In this document: positions 32,059 to 54,085 of the stretch, piece after piece
How the letters are laid out: each line of letters opens with the position of its first letter
Numbering within the stretch: the stretch's first letter is position 1
Origin: the human T2T-CHM13v2.0 reference genome, Homo sapiens
DNA length: 64,000 nt
Direction: 5' to 3' (one strand)
NCBI RefSeq assembly: GCF_009914755.1
Contig: NC_060931.1
The notes under the pieces: generated by a model
What the model saw: the letters and a program-made list of their open reading frames with translations, nothing else
Database searches by the model: none
What the model was told of the DNA's origin: nothing
Position numbers and translations under genes: made by a program

Positions 32059-32681
32059 TGCAAGAGTGCACATAAAACTGATAAAATGTGAATGAGCTCT
32101 GTGGATTGTACCAATGCCAATTTCCTGGTTTGATATTGCACTGTAATTACACAAGACATTACCACTGGGGGGCACTAGATGAAGAGTACATGGGACCTCC
32201 CTGTACATTTTCCCCAACTTCCTGTGAGTCTATCATTATTTCAAAATAAAATTTTAAGTAAATAAATACATTTTTCAAATTTTAAAAATGGATGCTTACC
32301 TGCCAGTTTGTAAAGATAGCATAACATTGTTTCGCTGGCACTCTTTGATCATGTCTGGATCTATGATAGGCGATGCAGGCTGTGGACCACCATACAATCT
32401 CTGATGGCAATCCACAGCTATTAAGCCTCATGAGCCTGATTCTCCAGCTGGAGTCACGCCCAAGAGTCCAGACTTTCATCCTAAGGTTACATCATCCATA
32501 CGCCTGTTGTACAATACACAGCAAGATTAGCTTCTGGGTGAAGTTAGGGTAGGACACAGCAAGATTCTGATCACAAAAGCCACTCAAGTCTTCATAAAAT
32601 GAATGAGAATACGTCAAACAAGTAAGAGGTATTTAAAGACAAAATAGCCCTTCAAAGAGATGGTTAGAAATAATAGAACAT

Positions 32682-32943
<262 letters not shown>

Positions 32944-33747
32944 TTAAGTCTAGGTGATGAATACATGAATATTTCCTATACCATTTTTTGTCATTTTTTA
33001 TAGATTTAAAATATTTCATTATACAAAAAGGACATTAGGTTAGTAAAAAATTGAAGGCAACCAAATTATCTAAGAGCAGAAAATTAATTAAGGAGAGTCC
33101 ACATGCTCAGTTATTAGAAATTATAATTTTAAAGATGTGTCAAAAACATGAAAAATGCATATGACATAATATGAGATGAAAAGTGGAGACACATTGATTC
33201 CAAATACATAAAAATGTGTGTGCAAATGCAACAAGACTTGGAATGCTCAAAAGTGATAATGAGATTATGAATCATTTCTTTGCCCTATTTTTCTAAAATT
33301 TTCTATTTTACAATTTTTGAAAGACAATATTATTTTAACTATTCAAGAGAGGTCTTTGGTAATATTAAGGCTAGAAACATTTGAAACCAAAGGACAAAGT
33401 CTATCAAGGAATACAGAGGAGCACGTATCATTTATTTTTAATTGCTTTTCATTATTTTCATTTATTCCTATATATGGGCAGTGACCTCTTACCAGCTAGG
33501 CAAGCCCATTTTTGACACATAAAACTGAGTCTTTGTATGTGACATATACCAATAGCTCCTGCTTCCCTGCTATCAGGATTCCAGTTCATGGCAATAGACT
33601 GCTGGAATGATATTTACTTTCAGTTTAATGACAACGTCTGGTATTTTGTGTCCCATTCTAAATCATTTGCACTTCCCAGGACAGACTGAAAGGTTTTCTA
33701 CAAGTCACCTATTCCTTGATTTCATGGAAGAACGCCAAATAGTTTTA

Positions 33748-33981
<234 letters not shown>

Positions 33982-34005
33982 CTAAAGCTTAGAAGACTTA
34001 AGTGG

Positions 34006-34361
<356 letters not shown>

Positions 34362-34584
34362 TTATGGAGGAGGCACTTAGCTCCGATCTGCCATCAGACT
34401 GATCGCATTTCTTGGGTGATTCTCGCACATATTTTTTCAAATAATTCTGGATGGAGAAGGTACAGTGTGAGATTGTGGATAACAATGGTGACAAGTTGAT
34501 CCCGGTGGCATCTGCATTATTTTTCTCCTCGGATTGCCTGGACTCGTCTCTTTACATTCATGATCTCACACCACCCCCAGGATT

Positions 34585-34735
34585 TCTGTAATCACCAGTT
34601 AAAATTCAGATTACTGGGCCCCAACCCAGATGCCTCCAGATTCGGTCTTGCTGGGGAGTGGGGCCTACGAATCTGTATTTTTAACAACTTCCCTTGGGTG
34701 GTCCTTATGTCCACCCAAGGTCAAGAGCCATTTTC
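34585..34735. mobile_element. MER5-like hAT relic
   Basis: cagattactgggccccaaccc...gaatctgtatttttaacaac. Confidence 0.65.
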
Positions 34736-34751
34736 CAAAGAAGGAACTGGG

Positions 34752-35059
34752 GGCCGGGTGAAGTGGCTCCTGCCTGTAATCCCAGCACTTTGGGAGGCCG
34801 AGGTGGGTGGATCATCTGAGGTCAGGAGTTCGAGACCAGCCTGGCCAACATGGTGAAACCCCATCTCTACTAAAAATACAAAAATTAGCTGGGCATGGTG
34901 GCACATGCCTGTAATCCCAGCTACTCAGGAGGCTGAGGCAGAAGAATCACTTGACCCAGGAGGCGGAGGTTGCAGTGAGCCGAGATCATACCACTGTACT
35001 CCAGCCTAGGTGACAGATCTAGACTCCATCACAAAAAAAAAAAAAAAAAAAAAAAAAAA
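34752..35059 (+). mobile_element. AluSx
   Basis: TSD aaggaactgggg. Confidence 0.92.
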
Positions 35060-35132
35060 GGAACTGGGGCTCATGGTGATGCAGTGACTACACCCAGTGC
35101 TCATGAGGACAACACGTTTCCGGGACAGGTAG

Positions 35133-35608
<476 letters not shown>

Positions 35609-36426
35609 TGTTGGCTCTTTCTAATCAGTTACATCGCCTATATGGGCTGTGCCAAACTCAGCAGTACCCCCCAGCCAGCGCTGTGGTTTCTGAGGATTCA
35701 ATGAGAGGGGATGAAGAGGTATGAACATGCAAAGCCTACTCCCACTTACTTGCAGCGTACAAATACCCCGTGCACCTCTTCTGCTGCTCTCGCCAAACCT
35801 CCAGCCCCTCCGAAAGGGAAGAGCTGCTGCAACTGGCCAAGGCCACCCTACAAAATCATAAAGTCCATCCGCCCACCAGGGAACACCGTGGTTGAAGCAA
35901 ACCCCACCTCTCCTCTTCCAAGTCAGCAGAATGGAGTAGACAGAGAAATACTTGTATATGTTTCTATTGAAAAGTCTTGGCTAAAATGTTAAAAAATACA
36001 AGAACTCCACACCTGCAGAGAAAGTAAAACCAAAGCTGAGCATAAATGCCTCCCCCCGTCCCAGTCTGTTTACCTATATCCCCAGCCCTCCTTTCAAAAG
36101 CACATATTAAATCCAAACATTAAATACAGGATTTTTGGCTTTTAATTAAAAGTGACTCCATCTGGGAAGAAGATAATGCCATGCATTTATGAGCACATAT
36201 TAGAAGGAAATAAGGTATTTCATGCAATTATAGGGGATCTAAGGAAGGAAAAATGAAGAAGAGAGGGATAGTCAGACACTAGGAAGAAAGTGATGCTCAG
36301 AGTCCCTGGGCCATCAAAGCCTGGAGGAAAGTGATAACTGGCAATGTTCTCAGCCTAATTCAGATAATAGACTGTGATACCTGGTGACATATGGAAATCT
36401 TGGTAGGACAAGCCTTCAAAAGCTTT

Positions 36427-37093
36427 TTTTTTTTAATTTTTTTAATTATATTTTAAGTTCTGGGATACATGTGTAGAACATGCAGGTTTGTTACACAGGT
36501 ATACATGTGCCATGGTCGTTTGCTGCACCTATCAACCCGTCATCTACATTAGATATTTCTCCTAATGCTATCCCTCCCCTAGCCCCAATCCCCCTACAGG
36601 CGCCGCTGTGTGATGTTCCACTCCGTGTGTCCATATGTTCTCATTGTTCAATTCCCACTTAGGAGTGAGAACATGCAGTGTTTGGTTTTCTGTTCTTGTG
36701 TTAGTTTGCTGAGAATGATATTTTCCAGCTTCATCCATGTCCCTGCAAAGGACACGAACGCATCCTTTTTTATGGCTGCATAGTATTCCATGGTGTAGAT
36801 GTGCCACATTTTCTTTATCCAATCTATCATTGATGGGCATTTGGGTTGGTTCCAAGTCTTTGCTATTGCGAACAGTGCTGCAACAAACATATGTGTGCAT
36901 GTGTCTTTATAGTAGAATGATTTATAATCCTTTGGGTATATACCCAGTATTGGGATTGCAGGGTCAAATGGTATTTCTGGTTCTTGATCCTTGAGAGATC
37001 GCCACACTGTCTTCCACAATGGTTGAACTAATTTACACTCTCACCAAGAGTGTAAAAGTGTTCCTATTTCTCCACACCCTCTCCAGCACCTGT
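36427..37093 (-). mobile_element. L1PA 5'-truncated insertion
   Basis: ORF2 C-terminus (ORF 36648-37019), 17-bp TSD aagccttcaaaagcttt. Confidence 0.95.
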
Positions 37094-37940
37094 AAGCCTT
37101 CAAAAGCTTTATGATAGATAGCTTCATCCCAAAAGGCTCTGGACTCAGACTGTCTTCTGTGCACAGGGGTACTTCATCATAGCAGCGAATCTACCTGATG
37201 GAAGTTTCCCGAATACTAACCCCCACATTTTCCCATACTTCAATGGACATACTTCCATTCTATATCTGAATCCCAAAAACACCGGGAAGAAAAACAAGAT
37301 AAAATTTAACCATTATGTCCTGAACCCTACCTCTAATTGGGGCAAAAAAAAAAAAATTGAACCTGATAAAATCAGTCTAGCTGTCTTTCACTAGCAGTTA
37401 GAGGGAAACTTATTCCAAGACGTCTTAGGGGAAAAGAGAGAAAACAGAGGAGATATTTGAAATGGAGAATTTAAAGTCACTCTTGAATTTTCTCTGAGTA
37501 TCATAGACAGTGAATGCCTCTCCCTTGTCTGTGAATACTAAATAACTCCTTGTCTTTCTGACTTGGTGTTGCTACTGCTGGTATTCTCTCTAAAATCTCA
37601 TAGCTCTCTGAATTATTGCCTCCAGGGACACTGAGGCTGGGGGGAAGTGAGCAAGTGTCTCCAGGGAATGCACAATGTTTTATCTCCTCGTTCAACATCC
37701 TTTTCATTTATCTCACAAGTACTCTAAAATTCTAGCGGAATTAGGAAGTTAAGGACACCAAGGACCTCTTTCAGTCTATCAGATTTACGTACATCTAAGA
37801 CACATTGTTGAGTGGGAAAATGAAGAGTGAGCAAATGACAAAGTAGACTCGCTTTCCAGTTTCCAGCTCAGCACAGAAGAAATCAGGAAATGTCATCTCT
37901 ACACATACACGTAGGATGTGGCAAATTAAAACACTTGCCC

Positions 37941-38890
<950 letters not shown>

Positions 38891-38930
38891 TAATACTTGC
38901 TCTAAGTTTACACTTCTAAAACTTAAAAGT

Positions 38931-39238
38931 GGCCAGGTGCAGTGGCTCATGCCTGTAATCCCAGTGCTTTGGGAGGCCGAGGTGAGCATATCACTTGAGG
39001 TCAGGAGTTCAAGACCAGTCTGGCCAACATGGTGAAATCCCAACTCTACTGAAAATACAAAAATTATCTGGACTTGGTGGCGGGCGCCTGTAATCCCACC
39101 TGCTCTGAAGGCTGAGGCAGGATAATCCCATGAACCCGGAAGGTGGAGGCTGCAATGAACCAAGATTGTGCCACTGGTCTCCAGCCTGGATGACAGAGTG
39201 AGGTTCCATCTCAAAAATAAACAAATAAATAAAATAAA
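38931..39238 (+). mobile_element. AluSx
   Basis: TSD-like aaaacytaaaagt. Confidence 0.9.
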
Positions 39239-39374
39239 ACCTAAAAGTAAATCTTCCTGTTGCCAAGTTTTGACTGTAGTGCTTTAACTGTAGAAAAGAA
39301 AGTCCCAGAAATGTGGCTTTTGGGGTACACCTACTAAAGAGTTGATCTGGGAAGAGTTGAGAGGAAAAGATTGC

Positions 39375-39513
39375 TTTTTTAAAAAATTAAGGAAATAGAG
39401 ATGGGGTCTCCCTATGTTGCCCAGGCTGGTCTTGAACTCCTAACCTCAAGCAATTCTCCCACCACAGTCTCCTAAAGTGATGGGATTACAGGTGTGAGCC
39501 ACCATGCCCGGCC
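39375..39513 (-). mobile_element. FLAM_C/AluJ left monomer
   Basis: TSD agattgctttttt. Confidence 0.85.
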
Positions 39514-41104
39514 AGATTGCTTTTTTCAGAGGGAAAAAAGTATGGAATTTTTAGGCAGCAATTAGGCAACAGAGGCCTCAGTCTGAAAAAAGCCTTGGGT
39601 CTGAGGGAAAGGAAATCTAGGCCAGAGAGCACCTGCACAAAGGCTTTGCTGGGGCCCTGTGGACATGAGCTTGTTGCCTGGCTGTGGACAAAGCAGCGGA
39701 CCACATTAGCCACAAAGGCTGGGCCAAAATTCACAGTCACTGTGGCACATATGCCATTATGTTCAGTTAAATTGAATGTTTGGTAATTTTGTCAAACATC
39801 CCCTTTCTAGGGATGGGTATACACGATTCTGCCTTTGTTTAAAAAAAAAAAAAAAACTCATTTCATGGTTAAATATCTGACGTCAATAGACAGTCACCAT
39901 CTTGTCTCAGTTATATTCATTGTCTGCTCAGACTCACCCACAGAGTGCCACCTTTGAAGAAAAAGAAGTAAAACAGAACCCTGTTGTTCTTTCTCAAAAA
40001 TCCTCAAAGGATGTCATGGGGAGCAAAAGCTGGGATGCAGCCATGGGAATATCCACAGGGAATTTAGCAGTTATTGAGAGAATTCAACTAGGTGCAAATT
40101 ACCTGATGGTGAGTACTTGGGCTGGCTAATAAACTGAAATTTCAAAGCTATTCAGGAGGAAGGGGATTGGCAAAAAAGGTTACCAAGAGCTCATGCTACA
40201 AACAGAAAAGTTTGAATCTCATGCACGCAGCTAATTAGAGCCACTACGGGGTCCTCCCTTCCTGCTTTTCTCTTAGTGCTAAGTATGGCTGTACCTTCCC
40301 AGGATTTTGCACCAGGCAAAAATAAAATTCTCTTTGTGCGCTCACAAAGGCTGAACATGAAGTCCTGAACATTGGGTGCTGATCTGCCAGAGATCTGGGC
40401 TATTCGACGGAGACACATCTGAGATTGGTAGAAGTTGACAAGACAGCGATGGGATAAACCTGGCCACACTCTCTGTGGGGCCTACACACCATCTCTGAAA
40501 GTATACATCCTCATAACTTCCTGCTGAGGAGGGGCATTTTACTGATGGAACTATACTGGTCTTTGCAACCTTATGAAGCAAAAGGGGAAGCTCAAACAAT
40601 TCACTTTGCAGTAAGACAAAACAGTTCTCCAAAAGGCAGAAGTGTCAGCCCAGGAATTGCCATCTTCTTAAAAAGCCCATGTGAACAGGTCCCATATCGA
40701 TAAAGTGAAGGAGTAACCAGATCACAGGAATGGTGACTTTATAGACACGGAGGCTGGTGAGTCTCTGACTTAGGAACTGGAACAGTCAAGAAAGAGAGGT
40801 AACATGTAGGCGATAAATAACATCAGCAACTCCAATGGCAATAATTACATTCACTCTTCAGTTCCTTTCCCTCTTCCACTGTGAGACCTTCTTAAAGTAA
40901 TGGTGATTAGGTAAAAGCAGGTAAGTTTTCATGGTCCCAATCCTAGAGTGAACACTTAATAAACATTTCCAAACTTGAGTGCTCCTGAGGGGTTCCAGCT
41001 GGAATTCTTCCAAGGCGTTTCATTCACTTATGTCTATTTAGTAAGTGAACTCTACCATGACTTGGAGATTCTCACACTAGGTAAAAACAGGGACTATCTG
41101 CTCC

Positions 41105-41836
<732 letters not shown>

Positions 41837-42653
41837 GTTCCAATAATGAGATTTTGCCAAAGTGCATCCACTCAATCACAGAGGGTCACCAAGAGCCTGT
41901 CATGACATTATTCTCACAGCTTGCTGTCTTTTATGCTTCTCCTTTCCTCTATGCCTGGACCTCATTTTAGGATCTGGCCCTTCCTAAATCTGCCTTCACA
42001 GAGAGGCCTCAGGGAAATCACTGTTCTTATTTATATAGAATAAGAACCATGTTCAAGGATTCCACTAGCCTCGTAGAAGTGTGAGCACCTTTTGGCTGTA
42101 GCCAAGTCCCCGTGGTCAGGTTATCTTGTTGATTTGAGCTATAGGGAAGGATGATTGATCTGTACATTCCCTGAATCTCACTGTGCAGAGAGACCAGTGA
42201 CTAAAATATCCATTTCCAGGCCATTCCTCCCCTTGTGGAATCTGGCCCTCCAACACGTGATGCTCAACCTGATAAGCACAGTGCCAGGCATGCTCATTTC
42301 TTTCAAGGTGGTCAGTCACAAAGCAGTTAGTTTATTGCCTCTGTAGATCAACTATCTCTGTTGGAAAACCCATTAAGGCTCTTGCTCCAAATAGCAGGCC
42401 TGCCTGCAATTCATCTTTGATGGGTCATGTGTGGACTCCACCAACTGGGGGTTCTGAATCCTTGCAGACCTTCCCACTCTAGCGGTACTGAGGGATGGAA
42501 GACTGGAGGAAGAAGAGAGGCTAAGGCAAGAGACTGCTAGCCACTGATCAACCATGAAGCCGATAGTCCCACAGTGTTGGCTCCATAGAGGCAAATTAGG
42601 AAAGTGTGGCTGAAAAGTATGTTGTGCTTTCAGCTAAAAGACAGGGGCCTTCT

Positions 42654-43085
<432 letters not shown>

Positions 43086-43331
43086 TTAGCCTTTAAGGTA
43101 ATAGTCTGCACAAATCCAGGAAATCTCATCATATGTGATAAAATACAACGGAAAAAGTGCACAAAGGCACAAGTGCTTGGAGGACCCAGCAGAGGCACCC
43201 TGGCTAGGCCCAGCTGGGCACTTGGATCCCTTCCCCAGAACAGCTGGTAGGAGTGTGTGCACCCACTGTCAAAACCAGGGTGGCTTTGGTTGTTCCCACT
43301 CCAGTTCCATACCTTGCCTTTGCGATCATGG

Positions 43332-43700
43332 TGTATTAGTCAGCTTGGGTTCCTATAACAAAATACTACACACTGGGTGCCTTAAACTACAAAAATTTGT
43401 TTTCTTCCAGTTCTGGAGGCTAAGAAATCAAAGTGCTGGCTGACTTTGTTCCTGGTGAGGGCTCTTTTTCTCACTTGGGGATGGCCACCTTCTTGCTGTG
43501 TCTTCACATTGTAGAAGGAGAGAGAGCAATCGAGTGCTCGCTCTCTGGTGTCTCTTCTAATAAGTGTGGTAATCCTGTCAGAACAGAGCTCCGCCCCATA
43601 ACCTAATTTCACCTTAATTACTTCCTTATTCCAAGTTTAGTCACATAGGGGGTTAGAGCTTCAACATACGAATTTGGGAGGACACAATTCAGCCTATAGT
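43332..43700 (-). mobile_element. MLT1A-like LTR
   Basis: tgtattagtcagcttggg...gacacaattcagcctata. Confidence 0.8.
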
Positions 43701-44384
43701 TCATGGCAAATTAATGAAACTAATTTCTACCTCTGAACTTTCCATGTGTTATATGGACACTCAAATGAAGCCAAACAATTGAGTCACTATGTCAGCAACA
43801 TTGGCTTCAAGGAAACATCTAGTCTAATGTCTAAACTCACATGATTTCACATAAAGACAGAAGATGCGCTTGGTGAATTCTTCAGCTTCATCCCAGCTCC
43901 CCACTACGTGGTAGAGTAATCCTGCTTTGGTGCAAATGGAGCAAACTACAAAGCGAATCATTTTTATTGAGTTTACATCATGTTGGCATAAGAAAGACAC
44001 CATAGACTCAATATCCACTGACTCCTGGGCTGCACCTGCCTCTCCTGAGGCTATGGTGTTGTTCCCTAGAGGTGACAGTTTCTAGTGATAGCTCCACTGC
44101 CAGATGGACCACACAGTGTACCATAGGTGGTGTCCCTGTCTCTGGGATTCAAGCAGATGAGATGCCCACTCTGTTGCCTTTTGAGTCACCTTCCTTGGAG
44201 TCAGATCAACAATTATCTCTAGGAGCTCTGCCATGGAGGGTGAGGAATATTCTCCCACTTCATCCTGACTCCTACCTGGATGCCTTTCATGTCATCACCG
44301 GCTCACGGTCTTGCTCACTCAACTTCATTAAGAGATTAAAATAACCTTCTTCCCAGGTATATGTATATTTTAAAACATATATGC

Positions 44385-47485
<3,101 letters not shown>

Positions 47486-47549
47486 ATTTATTTTATTTTA
47501 TTTTATTTTATTTTATTTATTATTATTTTTTTTTGAGACAGCATCCTGC

Positions 47550-47758
47550 TCCATCTCTACAAAAACACATCAAAACAAACAAACTAAAAAAAATAGCCAG
47601 GCATGGTGGCAGGCGCTTGTGGTCCCAGCTACTCAGGAGGCTGAAGTGGGAGAATTGCTTAAGCCCAGGAGGTAGAGGCTGCAGTGAGCCATGATTGCAC
47701 CACTGCACTCCACGCTGGGTGACAGAGCGGGACTCTGTCTGAAAACAAAACAACAAAA
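47550..47758 (+). mobile_element. AluJ 3' part
   Basis: Begins at ccatctctac. Confidence 0.85.
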
Positions 47759-48593
47759 TTAAAGAAGCTTCTCCTCCAAGAGACCCTCCCATGCAGCCAG
47801 GGGTGAGAATTGCTGATGGAGAGTTGGTACACATTGCATGGATTTTCTCCTTGAAAGCAGGGAGATTGCCTTCTTTTGAAGCCCCGGCCCCAGCACCCAG
47901 CCTGGCATATTACAGACACTTACTAAATGTTTGCTGAATGAATGAAAGACTGAATTAATGAATAAGGGTTACAGTATGATGATTAATGACAGTCAAGAGG
48001 AGGCTGGCAAGGAATCGCCTTGGAAAACCCAAATAATAATAGACAGCAGCAAGCCAGATAGTGAACATCCCCTAAGATGAAACTACATAGTAAGCTAGTA
48101 TTAAGGGAAATAAATTTGGGATATGGCCAAGTGACAAGAGCAGTGACCAACAAGAATCTTACTGATGGCATGAAGCAGCCAACCAATTCGTGGTAAAATA
48201 AATATAAATCCCACTTAGGGAAGCCTGCATTTAATGGGTTTCTCACTTCATCTAGAGACAAGAGAAACCAAATAGCTTCCAATGTAAAAAAATAGACTTG
48301 GCATCACTGTGACTTGAGAATCTCAGGAGACCTCTGTTGACACCGCTGCCCAGTGAAGCAGACTCAACGGGAACTCAGTGGAAAAGGTGGAAGGCATGGC
48401 TGGTTCCAATCCCAGACACATCTGAGAGAAGCCAGCAGCTCTCAGGTCTCATTAGGAGGAAAATGCTTCTAGAGGTAATGACCATTTTCATGAAATATTG
48501 ATATTTTTAACCCTTTCATACCAACTATGCAATACACTACTAAGCAAAATATATGACTGTGACATGTGACTTGGAATGTGAACTATCACACCT

Positions 48594-48860
48594 AGCCAGG
48601 CATGGTGGCTCACGTCTGTAATCCCAGCACTGTGGGAGGCCAAGGCAGGAAGATCACTTGAGGCCAGGAGTTCGAAAGCAGCCTGGGCAACGTAGTGAGA
48701 CCCCATCTTTACAAAAAATTAAACATTACCCTGGCATGGTGACACACAACTGTGGTCCCAGATAGTGAGGAGGCTAAGGGAGAAGGAACACTTGAGCCCA
48801 GGGTTGGAGGCTGCAGTGAGCTGTGATCACACCACTACACTCCAGCCTGGGCAACAGAGC
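48594..48860 (+). mobile_element. AluJ
   Basis: Diverged dimer lacking clear tail. Confidence 0.85.
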
Positions 48861-49579
48861 TAAGAATGAACTCCAAGGAGCTCAAGGTACCCAAACAAGA
48901 CTGAGAAGCTGTTAAATAAACAAATGCAGGCATGAGTGGGCAATCCATTTCCTGCTCTGGCCTGCAGAGCCCAGCTTCCGCTTTCCTGGGCTTTTACCTT
49001 TCATTGCAAGCCCCTGGGGCATCCAAAGAGGTCAGCCTTAAGCTTTAGGAAGCACGTTAGGTGTGTGCAAAACAGGCAGGAAAGAAAGTCATTGTGAGCA
49101 ATGACTAATTAATTGCTCCAGCCAGAACTTCTTGACTCCTCTCTCTCTCTCCCTCTTTCCCACCTGTAATTCGTTATCGGGGACTCTTCAATTCCACTAC
49201 AAATGCGTCTCTAGTTTGTCTGCTTCTAACCACCTCCATTGCTTCTGAGAGTCCTGGATCCTTCGAGAATATCCAGTTCTCCTGCAGGGACATTCCTCTC
49301 TTCCCTCCAAAGGAGTGGGCTATTCAGCTGTTCCCAGATCTTTCATCTCTGCAAAAAAAAGGAATAATTTTCTGCTGATTCAAAACGTATCAGTCTGTTA
49401 GGAGGGCAGCCTAACAGAAGTTGAAAAGTTTGGAGCAGTCGGGAACAGAAACCCCATGCCCACAGCCAGTCTGACCACAGCATGTGGAAATCTATACCAA
49501 TAATGCTCCCTGGGAACACAGACTCAGGAATAATTCAGCAGTTGCAAAACATGCCTTGGTCAACATTTACTACTCAGCA

Positions 49580-49780
49580 AGAACTATTTGAAATGCCTTC
49601 TGTGTTTAACACATTGAATCCTTAACCCTACATGATAGATATTATTAGTATCCCCATTTTACAGATAAGGAAACTAAGGCCTAAAGGGGTGAAGTAATGG
49701 CCCCATGTCACATAGCTAATCCATGCTGGAGTGTGATTCAAACCAGATCACTGGACTCGAGTGCAAATGCTCCAGACCCC
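49580..49780 (-). mobile_element. MIR
   Basis: tatccccattttacagataaggaaactaaggc core. Confidence 0.8.
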
Positions 49781-50026
49781 ACAGCCATAAAAATGCATAA
49801 AGTTGTTACTGCATGAAGATGTTACTCATGGCAGTATTTACAGCATCAAAAATCAGCCCTCAAGTCTCTTTCCTCCATTCTCTCTCAATTGTCTCTCCCC
49901 AAAAAATTATTGAAATGACACCACTGCCAAACTCTTGAAGCCTTTTGACTCCTTCAAAGATATGTGGTAATCTCTTTCCAGTTGCAAAGGCTAGAGATAT
50001 GTTTACCACATACACTGATTTACAAC

Positions 50027-50300
50027 TGTCTTAGTTAGCTCAGGCTGTTGTAACAAAATATCACAGAATAGGTCGCTTGAAAACAGAAATTGATTTCTCA
50101 CAGTTCTGGAGGCTGATCAAGGTGCCTCCTGATTCATTTGCTGGTGAGGACTCTTTTTCTGAGGTGCAGACTGCCACCTTCTTGCTATGTTCTTATGTGG
50201 CCTTTCCTCAGCACATTCACATGGGATAAAAGAGACAGAAAGATCTCTTTCTCTTCTTATAGGACCACTAATCTCATTATGAAGGCCTCATTCATGGCCG
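50027..50300 (-). mobile_element. MLT1A-like LTR fragment
   Basis: tgtcttagttagctcaggctg...tctcacagttctggaggctg. Confidence 0.75.
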
Positions 50301-50705
50301 GCAAATATAATTAAGATGTAAGTTAAGATGAGGCCATACTCAAGTAGGATGGACCCTTAGTCCAATATGGTTTGTGTGCTTGCAAGAAGAAGAAAAGAGA
50401 CAGAGACAGACACACACAGAGGACAGAAGTTATGTGAAGACATAGTTACAGAGGCAGAAAGTCCTGCAATGAAAGAGGTGGAGATTGGAGGGATGCAGCT
50501 CCAAGCCAAGGATCGTTGGTCACCACCAGAAGCTGGGAGAGAGGCATGGAGAAGATTCTTCTTCTGAGCCCCCAAGAAGGAACCAACCCTGCTAACAACT
50601 TGATTTTGGACTTCTGGCCTGTAGAACTATGAGAAAATAAATTTCTATTTTCTAAGCCACCCAGTTTGCGGTACTTTGTTATGGCAGCCTTAGGGAGCTA
50701 ATGCA
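50301..50705 (+). mobile_element. MLT1B/C LTR fragment
   Basis: caccagaagctgggagagaggcatgg...gcagccttagggagctaatgca. Confidence 0.8.
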
Positions 50706-51107
50706 GGCACCACCCAACTCAGACACATCACTGACCTCTGATCTCCTATAACATGAAGATCAAAATAGCATGACACATTCCTTATAAGGCTATTGTTAAG
50801 TTAATTAAGAAAATGCATGGCCAAGACTTAGCCCAGTGATTGTCACAAATTAAGCTCTCAATAAAGATAAGCAGTCAGGTTGGCTGACAATGTCATCATC
50901 ATCATCATCATCATTATCATTTTTGATAATTTCCTTGGGCCAAGTAGTGATTTGGGGTCCTGGCAGTAGAACCCAGAGTTGCAAGATCCCATGACACAAA
51001 GTAAGACAGTGTAAAATAACTCCCTGCTGCTACCACTTTTCCATATAAAGTTCATGAGCTCATTTTATTATCAGGGACCCAGAGCGGCTTTAAGAAGCAA
51101 TTGACCG

Positions 51108-52041
<934 letters not shown>

Positions 52042-52487
52042 TAAATAAAGTGCAATGTCTTAGTTTCTCTTATTGCCCAGACCAATAGGAACCCCAGTGC
52101 CAAATTTAAAATTTAATTAGAGTAACTCAGTCCTTGAGGGAGCACATTTGGTCCTTTTCATAGCTTTGATTCATTTTTCTCATCCAATAATCTGATTGTA
52201 TGTGCCTTTTATCCTAAGTGGCCTTAATTCTCTTTGGAAATTACCAAGCCTGGTCCATGAATGCTTCACAACAAATGGCTTTTGAGGCCAGTTAGTAAAA
52301 ATTACTAGAAAGAGAGAGTAGTCAAGCTGTGTCTAGAAAAATGGATTTAGAACTCTTACCTTCAGGGAAAGAGGAAAAGGAAGAAAAAAATAAAATGTTC
52401 ACAGCATAATAGCTGGAGCAGAGAGGCACAAGCCCAAATGAACAAAAATGATTCCAGAATAAAACCAAGAATAAGAGTCCATGATGT

Positions 52488-52768
52488 GAAAAAGAGGAAG
52501 GAAAGAAGGGAGATGAAAGAGGAAGGAAGGAAGGAAGGGAAGGGCAGGAAAGAGGAAGGAAGGGAGGAAGGGAGGGAGGGAGGGAAAGAGGAAGGAAGGA
52601 AGAGAGGAAGGAAGGAAAAGAGGGAGGGAGGGAGGGAAAGAGGAAGGACAGGAGGGAGGTAAAGAGGAAGGGAGGGAGGGGGGGATGGAGGGAAAAAAGG
52701 AAGGTAAAAAGGGAGGAAAACGGGAAAAGGGAGGGAAAGAGGGAGGGGAGGGAGGGAAAAGAGTGGAA
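52488..52768. repeat. GGAA/GGGA polypurine tract
   Basis: Direct reading. Confidence 0.95.
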
Positions 52769-53250
52769 ACAATTTTTGAGATAGGTCTGTATAATTCTAA
52801 CGTATCTAAGAAATAATTGAATATTTGTGATCTCTGAGGGAAACGGAAAGAGACTGCCTGGAGATGGGAAAATAATTATAAATATGTATAGTACTTTGAT
52901 ATAAAGAATGGAGTGTTTTCCTACTAAGCATATTTTTAGATGTATAATCTGAAAATATTCCGTCGAGTCTGAGGTTTAGATAAAGCCTTGCTTGGAATTG
53001 CAAAAACAGACAACGGGCTTGCCCAAGGTCGCTGCCCTTGAATAGGAAGTAATGTCTGAATTTCATTTTTGATGAAAAATTTGAGAAATTTGATGCAGAG
53101 CCTTGGGGCTGAGAGCGGGAATCCGCAATCCACATTCTGTACACTGCATCTCACAATAAATTAAAGCTGAAAGAGGCAGAACCAGGTTGCCTATGATCTG
53201 TCCAGTCCGACTTCTGAATGAAATGCCAGGGGGGTAAATTTCCATATCAA

Positions 53251-53550
53251 GGCAGGGCGCAGTGGCTCATGCCTGTAATCTCAGTACTTTGGGAGGCCAA
53301 GGTGGGAAGATTGCTTGAGCCCAGGAGTTTAAGACCAGCCCTGGGCAACATAGGGAGACCCCATTTCTACAAAAAATAAAAACAAACTAGCCAGGCATAG
53401 TGGCATGTGCCTATAGTCCCAGCCTCTCAGGAGGTTGAGAAAGGAGGATCCTTTGACTCCAGAAGTTCAAGGCTGCAATGAACTATGATCATGCCACTGC
53501 ACTGCAGTCTGGGCAACAGAGCAAAACCTTGTCTCAAAAACAAACAAAAA
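53251..53550 (+). mobile_element. AluJ
   Basis: Diverged dimer. Confidence 0.88.
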
Positions 53551-53613
53551 TGTACAAGTTCTAACCCCCAGGACTTGTGAATGTTACCTTATTTAGAATT
53601 AGAGTCTTTGTGA

Positions 53614-54085
<472 letters not shown>

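Noticed and set aside
40332-40349. Palindrome CTTTGTG-cgct-CACAAAG
   Set aside because: Orientation is opposite to the usual SoxE dimer site; short enough to be chance.
53013-53022. p53-type half-site GGGCTTGCCC (also AAACATGCCC at 63761)
   Set aside because: No adjacent second half-site.
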